A DNA stretch of 47,253 bases from Pachysolen tannophilus NRRL Y-2460 (taxonomy: Eukaryota), in NCBI GenBank assembly GCA_001661245.1, contig KV454014.1, positions 1,146,892 through 1,194,144 of the forward strand, given 5' to 3'. Position 1 is the stretch's first letter, and each line of letters opens with the position of its first letter. This document shows, piece by piece, positions 34,008 to 44,400 of the stretch. The notes under the pieces are model-generated. The model was not told the DNA's origin. It worked only from the letters and a program-made list of their open reading frames with translations, and did no database searches. A program made the position numbers and the translations under genes.

Positions 34008-35099
34008 TTAACCACCACAAACACCTTCAAATACTTTTCTAATTTGATGAATATCTAATTTATTATTTAAGCACAATTGTAATAATATTCTTGCCTTTTG
34101 AGGGTTTAAATAACCTGCGGATACAGCACCAGTAAATCCATCAATTTTTGGTAATGCAGCTTTTGGAACCAATCCATCTATGGATCTTTTAGAATAAATA
34201 ATTGGGATATTATAATTTTTCCACATTTCACTAGCTAATTCATTTGCTTCTTTAGCCATTGATCCTGCTCCACATCCTGCAAATACCAATCCTTTTGAAT
34301 TTAACTCACGTACTGCTAACATGATTAATTTTTTATTAAAGCCTTGATGTCCATATAAGATTGTGACTTCATCCAAAGAAGTATTTATATTTATATTCCA
34401 ATTATATAATCCTAATGGTTTCGTTGGTGGATAATAATAATATATTTCATTATTAACAAAATTCCCCAAATATCCTTGTCTCCCATTAAAAGTATCTAAA
34501 GAGTTTGCGTTTGCCTTTGTTATATAATAACCAGAAGATATTTGATCATTTAGAGAGACCAATACACCTCTTCCAATTGATTGTTTACATGCAGCTATTC
34601 TTATTGCTTGATATAAATTCATAGGACCATCAGCTGAAATTGAAGAAGAAGGTCTCATTGATCCCGATATAACAATTGGAATATCAGTTTCTGTTAAAGC
34701 ACATTGTAAGAAAAAAGAAGTTTCTTCCATTGTATCTGTACCATGTGTTATAACTATACCATCATAAATACCAGTACTAAGAGTTTTAACAATTGAATGA
34801 TATAATGTAAGAAAATGTTTTGAATCCATTTCACTTGAATCTATATTCATAATCTGTTCATACTGTAAATCACAAATTCCAGAAATATCTGGTACTGATT
34901 GGATCAATTCATCAATTGTTAGATCTACTTTATAACCAGCAGTTTGAGAAGCTGTAGTACCCTTTGATGCAATTGTTCCTCCTGTAGCAAGAATTTTTAT
35001 CTTTGGTAAATTCGATGAACATTGTGATCTAATACTGAATGCACTATGCTCCAAGTTCAAATCATCATTAATTATTTCCAAGTTATCGCCTTTGGTCAT
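34008..35099 (-). CDS. ASP1: L-asparaginase, cytosolic Asp1-like (no signal peptide)
   Basis: ATGGTIA, HGTDTMEET, GSMRP, SADGPMNLYQA, GRGVLVSLND, LNPQKARILLQLCL. Confidence 0.9.
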   Translation of the reverse strand: MTKGDNLEIINDDLNLEHSAFSIRSQCSSNLPKIKILATGGTIASKGTTASQTAGYKVDLTIDELIQSVPDISGICDLQYEQIMNIDSSEMDSKHFLTLYHSIVKTLSTGIYDGIVITHGTDTMEETSFFLQCALTETDIPIVISGSMRPSSSISADGPMNLYQAIRIAACKQSIGRGVLVSLNDQISSGYYITKANANSLDTFNGRQGYLGNFVNNEIYYYYPPTKPLGLYNWNININTSLDEVTILYGHQGFNKKLIMLAVRELNSKGLVFAGCGAGSMAKEANELASEMWKNYNIPIIYSKRSIDGLVPKAALPKIDGFTGAVSAGYLNPQKARILLQLCLNNKLDIHQIRKVFEGVCGG

Positions 35100-35203
35100 C
35101 TTGGAGATAAAACTTTTTAAAAAAATAAAAAATAAAAAATTAATAAAAAATTAATAAAATTTAAAAAATTTTTCATTTCTCAATTTTCAATTTTCAACTA
35201 TTT

Positions 35204-35212
35204 TTTTCGCGT
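35204..35212 (-). promoter_or_regulatory. ACGCGAAAA (MBF/SBF-type G1/S element) upstream of SLD5
   Basis: ttttcgcgt about 55 bp before the SLD5 ATG in an otherwise very AT-rich 166-bp divergent promoter. Confidence 0.55.
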
Positions 35213-35265
35213 TATTTATCAATTAATTAATACTATATTATTCATTATTAATTAAAATTTACAAA

Positions 35266-35952
35266 ATGGATATTGATGATATTTTAAAAGATTTTGAAAG
35301 ACAGGCTAACCAGTCAACTTCATCTAGTAATTTTGAAAATCAACTTCGACAAGAAGATTTACAAAAATTACAACAATCATGGATTTCAGAAAGATCATCA
35401 CCAGAAATATTACCATATGAAATTGAATTATTGGAAAGAATTTTATTAAGACTTAAAGAAAAAATTGAATTTATTGAATATAATTCAATAGAATTACAAA
35501 AAACTAAAGATATTAAATTAAAACTTATGATAATTGAAAGTGAAGTACAAAGAATAAATTTTTTAATTAGAAATTATTTAAGAACAAGATTATATAAAAT
35601 TGATAATTTTACAATTTATATACATAATACAGATGAAGAATTGAAAAAATTAGCTCCTACAGAATTAGAATATATGGAAAGACATTTTGAAATATTAGTT
35701 GAACTTTATAATAAACAATTTTTATTAAAACTTCCAGAAGCTTTACGCCCTTTAGATGATAATAGTGGAGGCATTAATATGGTTCCAGAACCAAATTTAT
35801 CCACTTCAGTTTTTTTCAAAGTTGCAAATGATATCAATGAAATTATAACTATAGGAGATGAACATATAGAATTAACAAATAATGGAATTTATTTAATGTC
35901 ATATAAGCTTATTAGACCTCTAGTAATGACAGGTAACGTTTTCCTAATATAA
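35266..35952 (+). CDS. SLD5: GINS complex subunit Sld5
   Basis: MDIDDIL, WISERSSPEILPY, IIESEVQRINFLIRNYLRTRLYKID, LKLPEALRPLDDNSGGINMVPEPNL..VF. Confidence 0.92.
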   Translation: MDIDDILKDFERQANQSTSSSNFENQLRQEDLQKLQQSWISERSSPEILPYEIELLERILLRLKEKIEFIEYNSIELQKTKDIKLKLMIIESEVQRINFLIRNYLRTRLYKIDNFTIYIHNTDEELKKLAPTELEYMERHFEILVELYNKQFLLKLPEALRPLDDNSGGINMVPEPNLSTSVFFKVANDINEIITIGDEHIELTNNGIYLMSYKLIRPLVMTGNVFLI

Positions 35953-36079
35953 CAAAGAAAAATTAAAAAAATAAAAAAAATTTTGTTTGAGAGGGGAATC
36001 GAATCCCTCAAAGGGGAATTCTCCCAAAGGGCCAAAGGGATGCCCCCTTGAAGATGCGGAAGCGCAGAAGGAGGACCCG

Positions 36080-36124
36080 GGGAATACTTCAAGGGAATAC
36101 TTCAAGGGAATACTTCAAGGGAAT
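36080..36124 (+). repeat. 13-bp tandem repeat (GGGAATACTTCAA)x3 plus partial copy
   Basis: Exact copies at 36080, 36093 and 36106, then GGGAAT at 36119. Confidence 0.92.
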
Positions 36125-36825
36125 TTCCGCTAAGGAAAACAGGTTTTTGTTTGAGGTTCAAATTCAAATTTCCCGCCGCTTAGAAACTGATTTAAAATTC
36201 AGGGTTTTTTGGCAGAAAAACGGAATTTACCGTGTTTTCTCAATTTTTCTCGTGTTTTTATTTTTTTTGTTTTGTTTTTTCTGTAACTGTTTTTATCTTG
36301 ACGTCATCCAACTTAAAAATTTCTATTGAAATTTTGCGCAGCAGAAATTTTTTTAATTTTTTTTTTTCTTTTTTTTATTTTTTTCACGTACCTTAAAAAC
36401 TTACCGCATTCGGAAACCGGATATCTCGATGTAATTTAAAACCAGCGTCTATGTAATGTATTGAAATGGATGAGTAAATGATTGACAGAGTTTATTTATT
36501 GAATTATAAAAGCAAATCATTAATTTTAATTTATTTATTGAATAAGTGAGTGAATTAATTTTCTTGTCTCTTTTTTTTAAAAATTTCCATTTTTTTTAAA
36601 TTGTGATTTTCACTTTGCCTTCTTTTATTCTTTTATTTATTATTATTAAATTTAATTTTTTTTTTTTTTAAAATATATACAACCTGCACGGTTTATTAGT
36701 TTTGTAGGAAGGTTTAAAGTATATTATATGAAAGTTGATGTTTTTATGTGTGGTGGCTTATTAGGTGTTTCAATAATTTAATCCAAATCAAATCATATAT
36801 ATATATATAAAGAAAGAGAGAAACA

Positions 36826-36826
<1 letters not shown>

Positions 36827-36864
<38 letters not shown>
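36827..36864. repeat. (GAAA)n microsatellite just upstream of mannosyltransferase B
   Basis: Run of gaaa units seen directly. Confidence 0.85.
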
Positions 36865-36865
<1 letters not shown>

Positions 36866-36890
36866 TAGAATTAACTTTGTTGTTATTATC

Positions 36891-38981
36891 ATGCTTTTTA
36901 CTACTTCGAAGCATAGGTTAAAATATTTATTTTTAATAATACTTTTAATTATACAATCAGGGTTTATTTATTGTGTATATACACTTCATTATACAGTTCA
37001 ATATAAAAATGGGAATCTGTTAACAGTTATTGATCAATCAAAATCTTCAAAGACTTATAAATTTTTATTAGAACAATTTTCAGTATCAAATTTAAAAAAT
37101 CTTCCATTAAAAGATAGATGTCATACATATTTTAATAAATTATATGAAATGGATAAAGATTGGTCAATAGGAGATTTTAATGGATTAGAATATTCATTAA
37201 ATTTAGAAAATGAAAAAAGATTTTATAATGAAAGATATGCTACTTTGAAAAAAGAATATACAAAAGAAAAAAAAAATATAGATGAAATTAAACCAGAACA
37301 AATTTTTGAAGAATTTAAAAGGAGAAAAGAAATGAATACAGAAATTGAAGAAAGATTAACAAATGCAGTTGGTCATTTAAGAATTTATGGAAGTTGTTAC
37401 TTGCAAAATAATATTAAAAATGATGAATCTCAATGTTTAGATATTGAACTGAGATTATTCCCATGGTTAACTTTTGAATCTCCAATTTTTGAAAGATGGA
37501 ATGGAACTATTATAAATGATTTCCCTAATATTGCAGATTATTATCAATATGATGATGGAACTGTTAAAAATTCTTATAAAACTGGAAGTTATAATAAAGG
37601 TGAAAACCCAGTTGACCAAAAAGGTAATAAAGTAGCAGCTGGATCTAATGCAGCATTATCCTTTTCATCATCATCATCATCATCATCTTCAAATCCATTT
37701 TTGAAAAATAATTTACCTCTTCCTGGAGAAAGTTGTTATTTTAATACTTTTAAAGAAAAATTAAATGGAAGAGGAATAGTGATAAGTATGGGAGATCAAT
37801 TTGCTAGAGAACTGATAAATTTATTAAAAATTTTAAGATATCATAAAAATGTCTTACCAATTCAATTTGTTCATAAAGGTGATTTAGCTCAAGAGACAAA
37901 ACAACGTTTAATACGTGCTGCTAGAGGTCCAATGAAATTAAAAGGTTATAGCTCAATTGAAATTAATGATTATCCTCAAGAAATTTGGTTTGTTGATACA
38001 AAAAGATGTTTTGCTGATTCTTATTATTACAAATTTAGTTTTTATGCAAATAAATGGTTGGCAGTTTTATTTAATTCTTTCCAAGAAATGATCTTAATGG
38101 ATGCTGATTCTGTTCCTTTTATTAAACCTGTTGATTTTTTGGATATTGAAGATTACAAAAAAACTGGTTGTCATTTTTTCAGAGATCGAGAAACTTTAGA
38201 ACAATTTCCAGATGTTTTTAAAAAAATTTTTTATAATTTATTTCCAAGAGATATTGAAACAGTTCTCTTTGGTATTCCTCAATTAACTCCTCATACTTTA
38301 GAAAATAAATTTTTTAAACATAATGCTAGACATTTTGTGGAATCAGGTATTGTCTTGATGGATAGGAAATCACATCTTTTAGGAATGTTAATGTCAATCC
38401 ATTTACAATTTTGGGGACCTTTAAACACTTTTCTTTATGGTGAAAAGGAAATATTTTGGTTAGGCCAATCAATAGCAGGAAATGAACAATACTCTTATAA
38501 CATTAACCCTGTTGGTGCTATAGGTCCAATAACAACAAGTGAGCATAAGATTGCAGATTCTGCAATTAGCGTACAACCAGCACATATAGGTTCAGACAAT
38601 CATACTTTATTATGGGTTAATAGTGGGTTAGAAACTTGTAAAAGACATTCTTGGACGCATGATTTCAAAAATAACAGGAAATTAAATAAAGAATTTGGCT
38701 CTGAAGATAACTTGAAAAATCATTATCTTTCACCTTTACAAATAGATGGCGTCATTATCCCACCTGATGCTACAAGATATTACGATAATAAAATCAATGA
38801 GCCTAAGAGAGGATGGGAACAAAGAAGTGATCTAGGTTGCGAAGGCTACTTATGGGCTGCTTATAGCAACGTAGGAGATGACAAAAACGGCGCTCGTGGT
38901 AAAGAAGTTAGGTTCAGCGAAGATGAGAAAAAATATTATAATAAAATCGCTTCAATCTGGACTAGTGAACTTGATGAATAG
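36891..38981 (+). CDS. Alpha-1,3-mannosyltransferase, MNN1/MNT (GT71) family, paralog B
   Basis: N-terminal TM segment (YLFLIILLIIQSGFIYCVY), GRGIVISMGD, LPIQFVHKGDL, PQEIWFVD, NKWLAVLFNSFQEMILMDAD, FFRDR, VESGIV, YGEKEIFWLG. Confidence 0.88.
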   Translation: MLFTTSKHRLKYLFLIILLIIQSGFIYCVYTLHYTVQYKNGNLLTVIDQSKSSKTYKFLLEQFSVSNLKNLPLKDRCHTYFNKLYEMDKDWSIGDFNGLEYSLNLENEKRFYNERYATLKKEYTKEKKNIDEIKPEQIFEEFKRRKEMNTEIEERLTNAVGHLRIYGSCYLQNNIKNDESQCLDIELRLFPWLTFESPIFERWNGTIINDFPNIADYYQYDDGTVKNSYKTGSYNKGENPVDQKGNKVAAGSNAALSFSSSSSSSSSNPFLKNNLPLPGESCYFNTFKEKLNGRGIVISMGDQFARELINLLKILRYHKNVLPIQFVHKGDLAQETKQRLIRAARGPMKLKGYSSIEINDYPQEIWFVDTKRCFADSYYYKFSFYANKWLAVLFNSFQEMILMDADSVPFIKPVDFLDIEDYKKTGCHFFRDRETLEQFPDVFKKIFYNLFPRDIETVLFGIPQLTPHTLENKFFKHNARHFVESGIVLMDRKSHLLGMLMSIHLQFWGPLNTFLYGEKEIFWLGQSIAGNEQYSYNINPVGAIGPITTSEHKIADSAISVQPAHIGSDNHTLLWVNSGLETCKRHSWTHDFKNNRKLNKEFGSEDNLKNHYLSPLQIDGVIIPPDATRYYDNKINEPKRGWEQRSDLGCEGYLWAAYSNVGDDKNGARGKEVRFSEDEKKYYNKIASIWTSELDE

Positions 38982-39593
38982 AATTTATATATATATATAC
39001 ATCGTTTGTTAAATCGTTTTTTTTTTTTTTTTTTTTATCTTTTATATTTCTTCATTTTAGTTTCTCATTTTGTATTTTATTACTTTTGCATATTTAGAAT
39101 AATAACATGGTTAGTTCTTATAAAGAGTTTTCAACTTCTGAAATTAGCAACAAAATATATTCCTTGTGGTTCTAGCAAAATCCATTTATACTGCAACCAC
39201 TTTTGCTCCATTTGTGTCTCCAGTAAGTAAGTTCAAGTTCAGTAAGTGCTACCCCAGTAAAAAAATACCGGGGACCAAGGCGGGATGCCCCAGTAAAGCA
39301 CCGGCCAATGATTCAAGCCCAACTTCTCTCCCGGAATTTTTTGACCTAATTTTCCGGCCTATTTTTCCCGCCTAGAGTAGCCGGAGCTTGGGCGGGTTTC
39401 TGCAGCCCCAAACGGCCGCCCTCAAATTTGGCGGAAGTTTTTTTTTTGGAGGAAGCCCCAGTGGTGCCAGATCGAATTAAAGAAAAGTAAACAAAGCAAA
39501 GAGGACAGAAGATAGAAGATTATTAAGTAAATCAAGTCTTTTATCTTTATTGAATGGATAAAGTAGATCTGACTTGTGGAAACGGTCGATAAG

Positions 39594-41345
39594 ATGAGTT
39601 TTAGGACAGATAGATTGACTGCTATAGAGCTGAAGAAAGCCAAGTTGGAAGAATTAAGGAGGCAGAGGGAATCAAAAAGATTGTTGGTAGCATCAGGTAA
39701 TGATAACTTGTCAGTGAGAAAAGGTATTGATGAATCTGTTGATAAGTTGGTGGAGCAACTTACTCAGACGGTATCATCTGAGGTTGGATCTAGTGATAAT
39801 GATATGGCTGCTGGGACAATTGGGATTACTGGAGCAACCGGAGCAACTGGGACTTTAGCGCTGTCATCTTCGTCTTCGTCGTCATTTGAGAAAAGTAATC
39901 AGGAAAACAAACTGAATTATGTTTCTGTATCGGTACAAGTTGACGATTTGAAACCAACTTCTAAGAAAAATGAAACTATAACGTATAATAAGGGAACACA
40001 AACAGTTGATTTGAATCCAGAAGTAGATGATCTTCTGGACAGTACTTGGGATAATCGAGCAAAGAAAACACAAGAAGAGCTTGAAAATGAGTTAAGAGAA
40101 AAATTATCTTTACAGATTAGAGAAGAATTATCAAGAGAACGTGGAAAAAAGGATAATCACGAGTCACTGAAGAATACTATACGGTCTTCGTTGTATACGA
40201 GACAGATAGATGAAGATAAGTTGATTCAATTTATTGGGAATTCGATGAGGGTTATAGATAGATCCTTATCACAAGATGATAGGACTCCAATGGATCTACA
40301 AGATGGCACACAATCAGGGCTTGAAGATGATTTCCTAGAAAACCAAAGTCTCAAGTTAAAAGCCAAATTGCACCATGAATTAATTACAAATAAATCTGTT
40401 ACTTCGATTGATTGGTCTCCATCAGGTTTATTAATAGCTGTTTCCTACTCAAAATTACCGCCTTCACAAGCAATTAGTTCCCATGAACCAAATAGAGGTA
40501 TCATAATAATATGGAATGCAAAGCTTTGTACCCCAGAATATATATTCACTGCATCAACCGAGATTTTAACCGTTAAATTTCTTGTAAACACTCCTACAAG
40601 AATAGTGGCTGGTGGATATAGCGGCAGAATTTTCCAATATGATATAAATTCAATTTCAAGATTACCCATTTTACAATCTTCCCTTTTTTCAAGAGGTCAT
40701 TCATATCCAGTATTCACAATTTTACAAGTAAACACTTCTTTAAACTCTAAAAATATTTTTGGTGGTGGTAATAATAATGGTGGAACATTAGTAACTATAT
40801 CAACAGATGGTAAAATTTGTCAATGGTCACCGTTTGTATTGGATAAACCAATAAACTCCAGCTTCAAGGTTACTGACACAGTTATTACTGCAATAAGGAT
40901 AAACAATGGAATTTTATTAGGTGGTGATTCTTTATCTTTGATAGATAATTTCCAAAGAAAAACAGCTAAACCATTTGGGGATTTGAGAAAATTTATAACT
41001 GGGTTATCGCATCGATACTCATCTGATATCAATAGTGAAAACTACGATAAGAGTAGGATATTATGCACCACGTTTGATTCTATTTACATTTATTCCGAAA
41101 ATGGAGTAAAAACTAATGAATTTAGAAGTAGTTCGGTGATCATGGATGGTGATTGGTTGTCTGACGATAAAGTTTTGCTGATTAGTGGTACCAATTTAGA
41201 GATTTTTGATACCACGCAGAAAATGGCGTATGCTTCTTTTTCATTAGATATAGAAGGAAAATATTTGAATAAGGTGAAAGTAAATAAAGATCTTGTAAGC
41301 GTTGGTACCGAGGATGGATATTTATATTTATATGAAGTCTTGTAG
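39594..41345 (+). CDS. PAC11: Cytoplasmic dynein intermediate chain (N-terminal helix, light-chain-binding TYNKGTQT, WD40 repeats)
   Basis: KKAKLEELRRQRE, ITYNKGTQT, VTSIDWSP, IIIWN..PEYIFTASTEIL, GGYSGRI, GHSYPV, ISTDGKICQW. First ATG is 39594. Confidence 0.8.
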   Translation: MSFRTDRLTAIELKKAKLEELRRQRESKRLLVASGNDNLSVRKGIDESVDKLVEQLTQTVSSEVGSSDNDMAAGTIGITGATGATGTLALSSSSSSSFEKSNQENKLNYVSVSVQVDDLKPTSKKNETITYNKGTQTVDLNPEVDDLLDSTWDNRAKKTQEELENELREKLSLQIREELSRERGKKDNHESLKNTIRSSLYTRQIDEDKLIQFIGNSMRVIDRSLSQDDRTPMDLQDGTQSGLEDDFLENQSLKLKAKLHHELITNKSVTSIDWSPSGLLIAVSYSKLPPSQAISSHEPNRGIIIIWNAKLCTPEYIFTASTEILTVKFLVNTPTRIVAGGYSGRIFQYDINSISRLPILQSSLFSRGHSYPVFTILQVNTSLNSKNIFGGGNNNGGTLVTISTDGKICQWSPFVLDKPINSSFKVTDTVITAIRINNGILLGGDSLSLIDNFQRKTAKPFGDLRKFITGLSHRYSSDINSENYDKSRILCTTFDSIYIYSENGVKTNEFRSSSVIMDGDWLSDDKVLLISGTNLEIFDTTQKMAYASFSLDIEGKYLNKVKVNKDLVSVGTEDGYLYLYEVL

Positions 41346-41460
41346 TTGTAAAAAATTATTATCAGAATTTATAGAAATGATTAATGAATCTACGAAGAAA
41401 AACACATAAAATAATAAAATCATAATTATTTAAACTATAAGCTATACTAGTTCTAGTATC

Positions 41461-44400
41461 TTAAAATTCACTAATAGCAACTGCAACCGCTTGAGCATCA
41501 TCATGTGAAATTGAAACTTTGATAGACTTAACACCTGCCTCAGAAGCAGCAACAGCAGCAGAACCAGATAGCAAAACTTTAGGAGCACCATTAGAATCGC
41601 GTAAAATTTCAATGTCTTTTAACGATGCACCACCACCCTGTGATTTAACGCCCAAAGCCTTGAAAACAGCTTCCTTTGCTGACCAAGTACCAGTGAAAGA
41701 CGACTGTGGAGAAGGAGCAGATGAGCAGTAAGAAATTTCAGCTTCTGTAAAATTTCTTTCAACAAAAGTTTCATTCGAAATATTGACAGCAGAAAGTAAT
41801 TCAACATCTACACCCACACCTTTTTGACCAGCCAAATTTTTAGTCATTGAACTTAAGTTGTCAGAAATCAGTTTCTTAGCTTCTACAGATTTCTTAGTGA
41901 ACTCTAATTTTTCTAATTCACCTTTAACAGTGTCAACTCTTGCTAATGGGTTCAAGTAAACAGGTTTTTCCAATTCATCAGAATATGGTGATTTGTCTTT
42001 AGCAACAAACAAACTATTATGAAGAACAGCATTGTGCATGTATTTGTAAGTCTTGTTGTAACGGACAGCAACTCTCTTAGCATATTCTTCATAGGTACCT
42101 TGATCCAAACTAGCATAAAGGTAATCTGGGTGAATAACAACAGCCTGTGCACCCTTTTGACCAAAACCAAATGAAGTAACAGAGACAGCTTTAATACCAT
42201 CAGTTTGAATAGATCTTGAAGGATACAAAATGTATTTGAATTGCTCCATAATTTTATCAATGTTATCAGCATTTCTGTTACCTGGAACAATACCAGAAAG
42301 TAAAATTTGGATGGCACCGTTCAACATCCAAGCACCAGCAGCACCCTTTGGATGACCTGTTAAGTACTTTTGGAAAACACCATAGATGGCATTACCTGGA
42401 GTACGACCTAAATGTGAAAGCATTGAGTTAATAGCATCGGATTCATTTTTATCATTGGCCTTAGTAGAAGTACCGTGGAATGAAGCTACACCCAAGTCAT
42501 CAATAGTCAAATTAAAGGTAGCTAAGGCACCTCTAAGTGGAGCAATCTTTGGATCATTCTTCCAAAATTCGTTACCTAATTCATGTTGAGCTTGTTTCAA
42601 TTGTTTAACAGCAGACTCGTTGACCTGTTCCAATAACTCTTGTAACAAAGCTTTATCATCACCCGCTTCTTCCCTGGCTATTTCAATTTCTGAATCAACA
42701 AACAACTTAATTTGTCTCTTTCTTTGTTCTAATAATCTCTTTCTGTATTTTATGTCTAATTTAGGATTCTTAGTTCCGTTACCTGGTACTTCTCTTGCAA
42801 CAGTCAAAATACCTTTACCTGGAGCAGGAACCGATCTTGAAATTTTGTCAGTTGCGGTATTTGTCAAGGCTACAATTGCATAAATTGGAACACCCATTTT
42901 GAGAGCAATATCAGCAGTCATAATGACCTGAATACCAGAACCTTGGGATTCCATGAAACCACTACGTGTTGTGGTGGCAGGTCTCGACATTTCCGATGGA
43001 GTTCTACCCTTTTTAGCTTCTTCTAATGAATTAGATGTGGCATTCATGTTAGCAAACTCATAAGAACCTTCTTCTTGGAAATCATCATAACCACCAACAA
43101 GACAAATTTTAGCCTTTCCGCTTAAGATTGTCTCAACACCGATATCAACAGATTCCACAGCAGTTGCACATGCACCAACTGGCGTTTTTATAGGACCAGA
43201 CGATGATAATAATAACATGTTAACCCAAGCCGACATTGTGTTAATAAATGACTCCTGCAAGATATCATTTTGGACTGGTTTATCTTGGTAACGATCTTTG
43301 AACATTCCACGCAAGGCAGAAACACCACCCATACCAGATCCAGAACAATTACCAACTTCTGAGACATGAACATATTTGTAAAATTCATATGGATCAGTAA
43401 TACCAGATGAAATCAAAGCTTCAGCAGTGGCAACCAAAACGTATAAAGTAACCGGATCAACTTGATCGATGATATCTTGAGAAACACCATAAGTAGCAGC
43501 GTTCCAACCGGTTGGAATTTGACCAGCAACTAAACGGTCAAACTTAAGAGCCTTTGGAACAAATAAGGTGGTACCTTTCATTAACTTAACATCATATTCA
43601 TCTGACCCCTCAATTTTGGAAATAAAACAAAGATCTTTATGTTCGAGTTTAAACATACGAGCAGTCTCTTCTGAAGATACAAAAGTCATTTCTTTTTCTA
43701 AAACAACTTCCTGAATGAACTTTTTATGATTAGGATTATAGTTATTAAATAATTCCGGTTCGATCATTCTAATACCACTGTGGGAAATAATTTCCTCTTC
43801 GTATTTCTTCTTAACATCTTTATCAGCAACAGGCTCATTGGTTTTAGCATCAACCCAGCCGCTATAAGGCTTACCTTTCAAATTACCACTGTGATGTTTG
43901 ATCTTACCCATAATCCAAGCCATTTCAATACAACCTTCTAAAGAAAAGTGACCATAAGCCTCCATTTCCCAACGAGTTCTAGCTGAACCCCAAGGACCAA
44001 CTTCAGCAAAACCTGTAACAACAATAACTTTTTCCAAGTCCAATAAACCTTCCAACTCATTTGATTTAATTGCAGAATATGGTTTCAAAGTTGGGAAAGC
44101 ATATTTATTATTAGAGTATTTAGTAATACTATGTTTCAAGTATGGAGTTTCACTATTCTCACCGTTAATGGTTCTAACATCAATTGAGTGATCTTTGTGA
44201 ACTGCTTGTTTGATTTCTGATTTAGAAACAATCTCTTGTCTAGCTTGAGCAGTAATTTCTTTCAAATTCAGGATATGTTGTAACCCACCATTTAAATCAG
44301 CTAATAATGGGGTTGTTTGAGCTAAATTACTGATCTTGTTGTCAATTAAGCCTAAAATGTTAAAAGACATTTCCATTTGTGAAAAAGTTTTAACTTTGTA

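Noticed and set aside
36080..36124. Tandem repeat as a CRISPR array or telomere
   Set aside because: No spacers, eukaryotic context, only three copies and an internal position; telomeric identity cannot be judged from this window.
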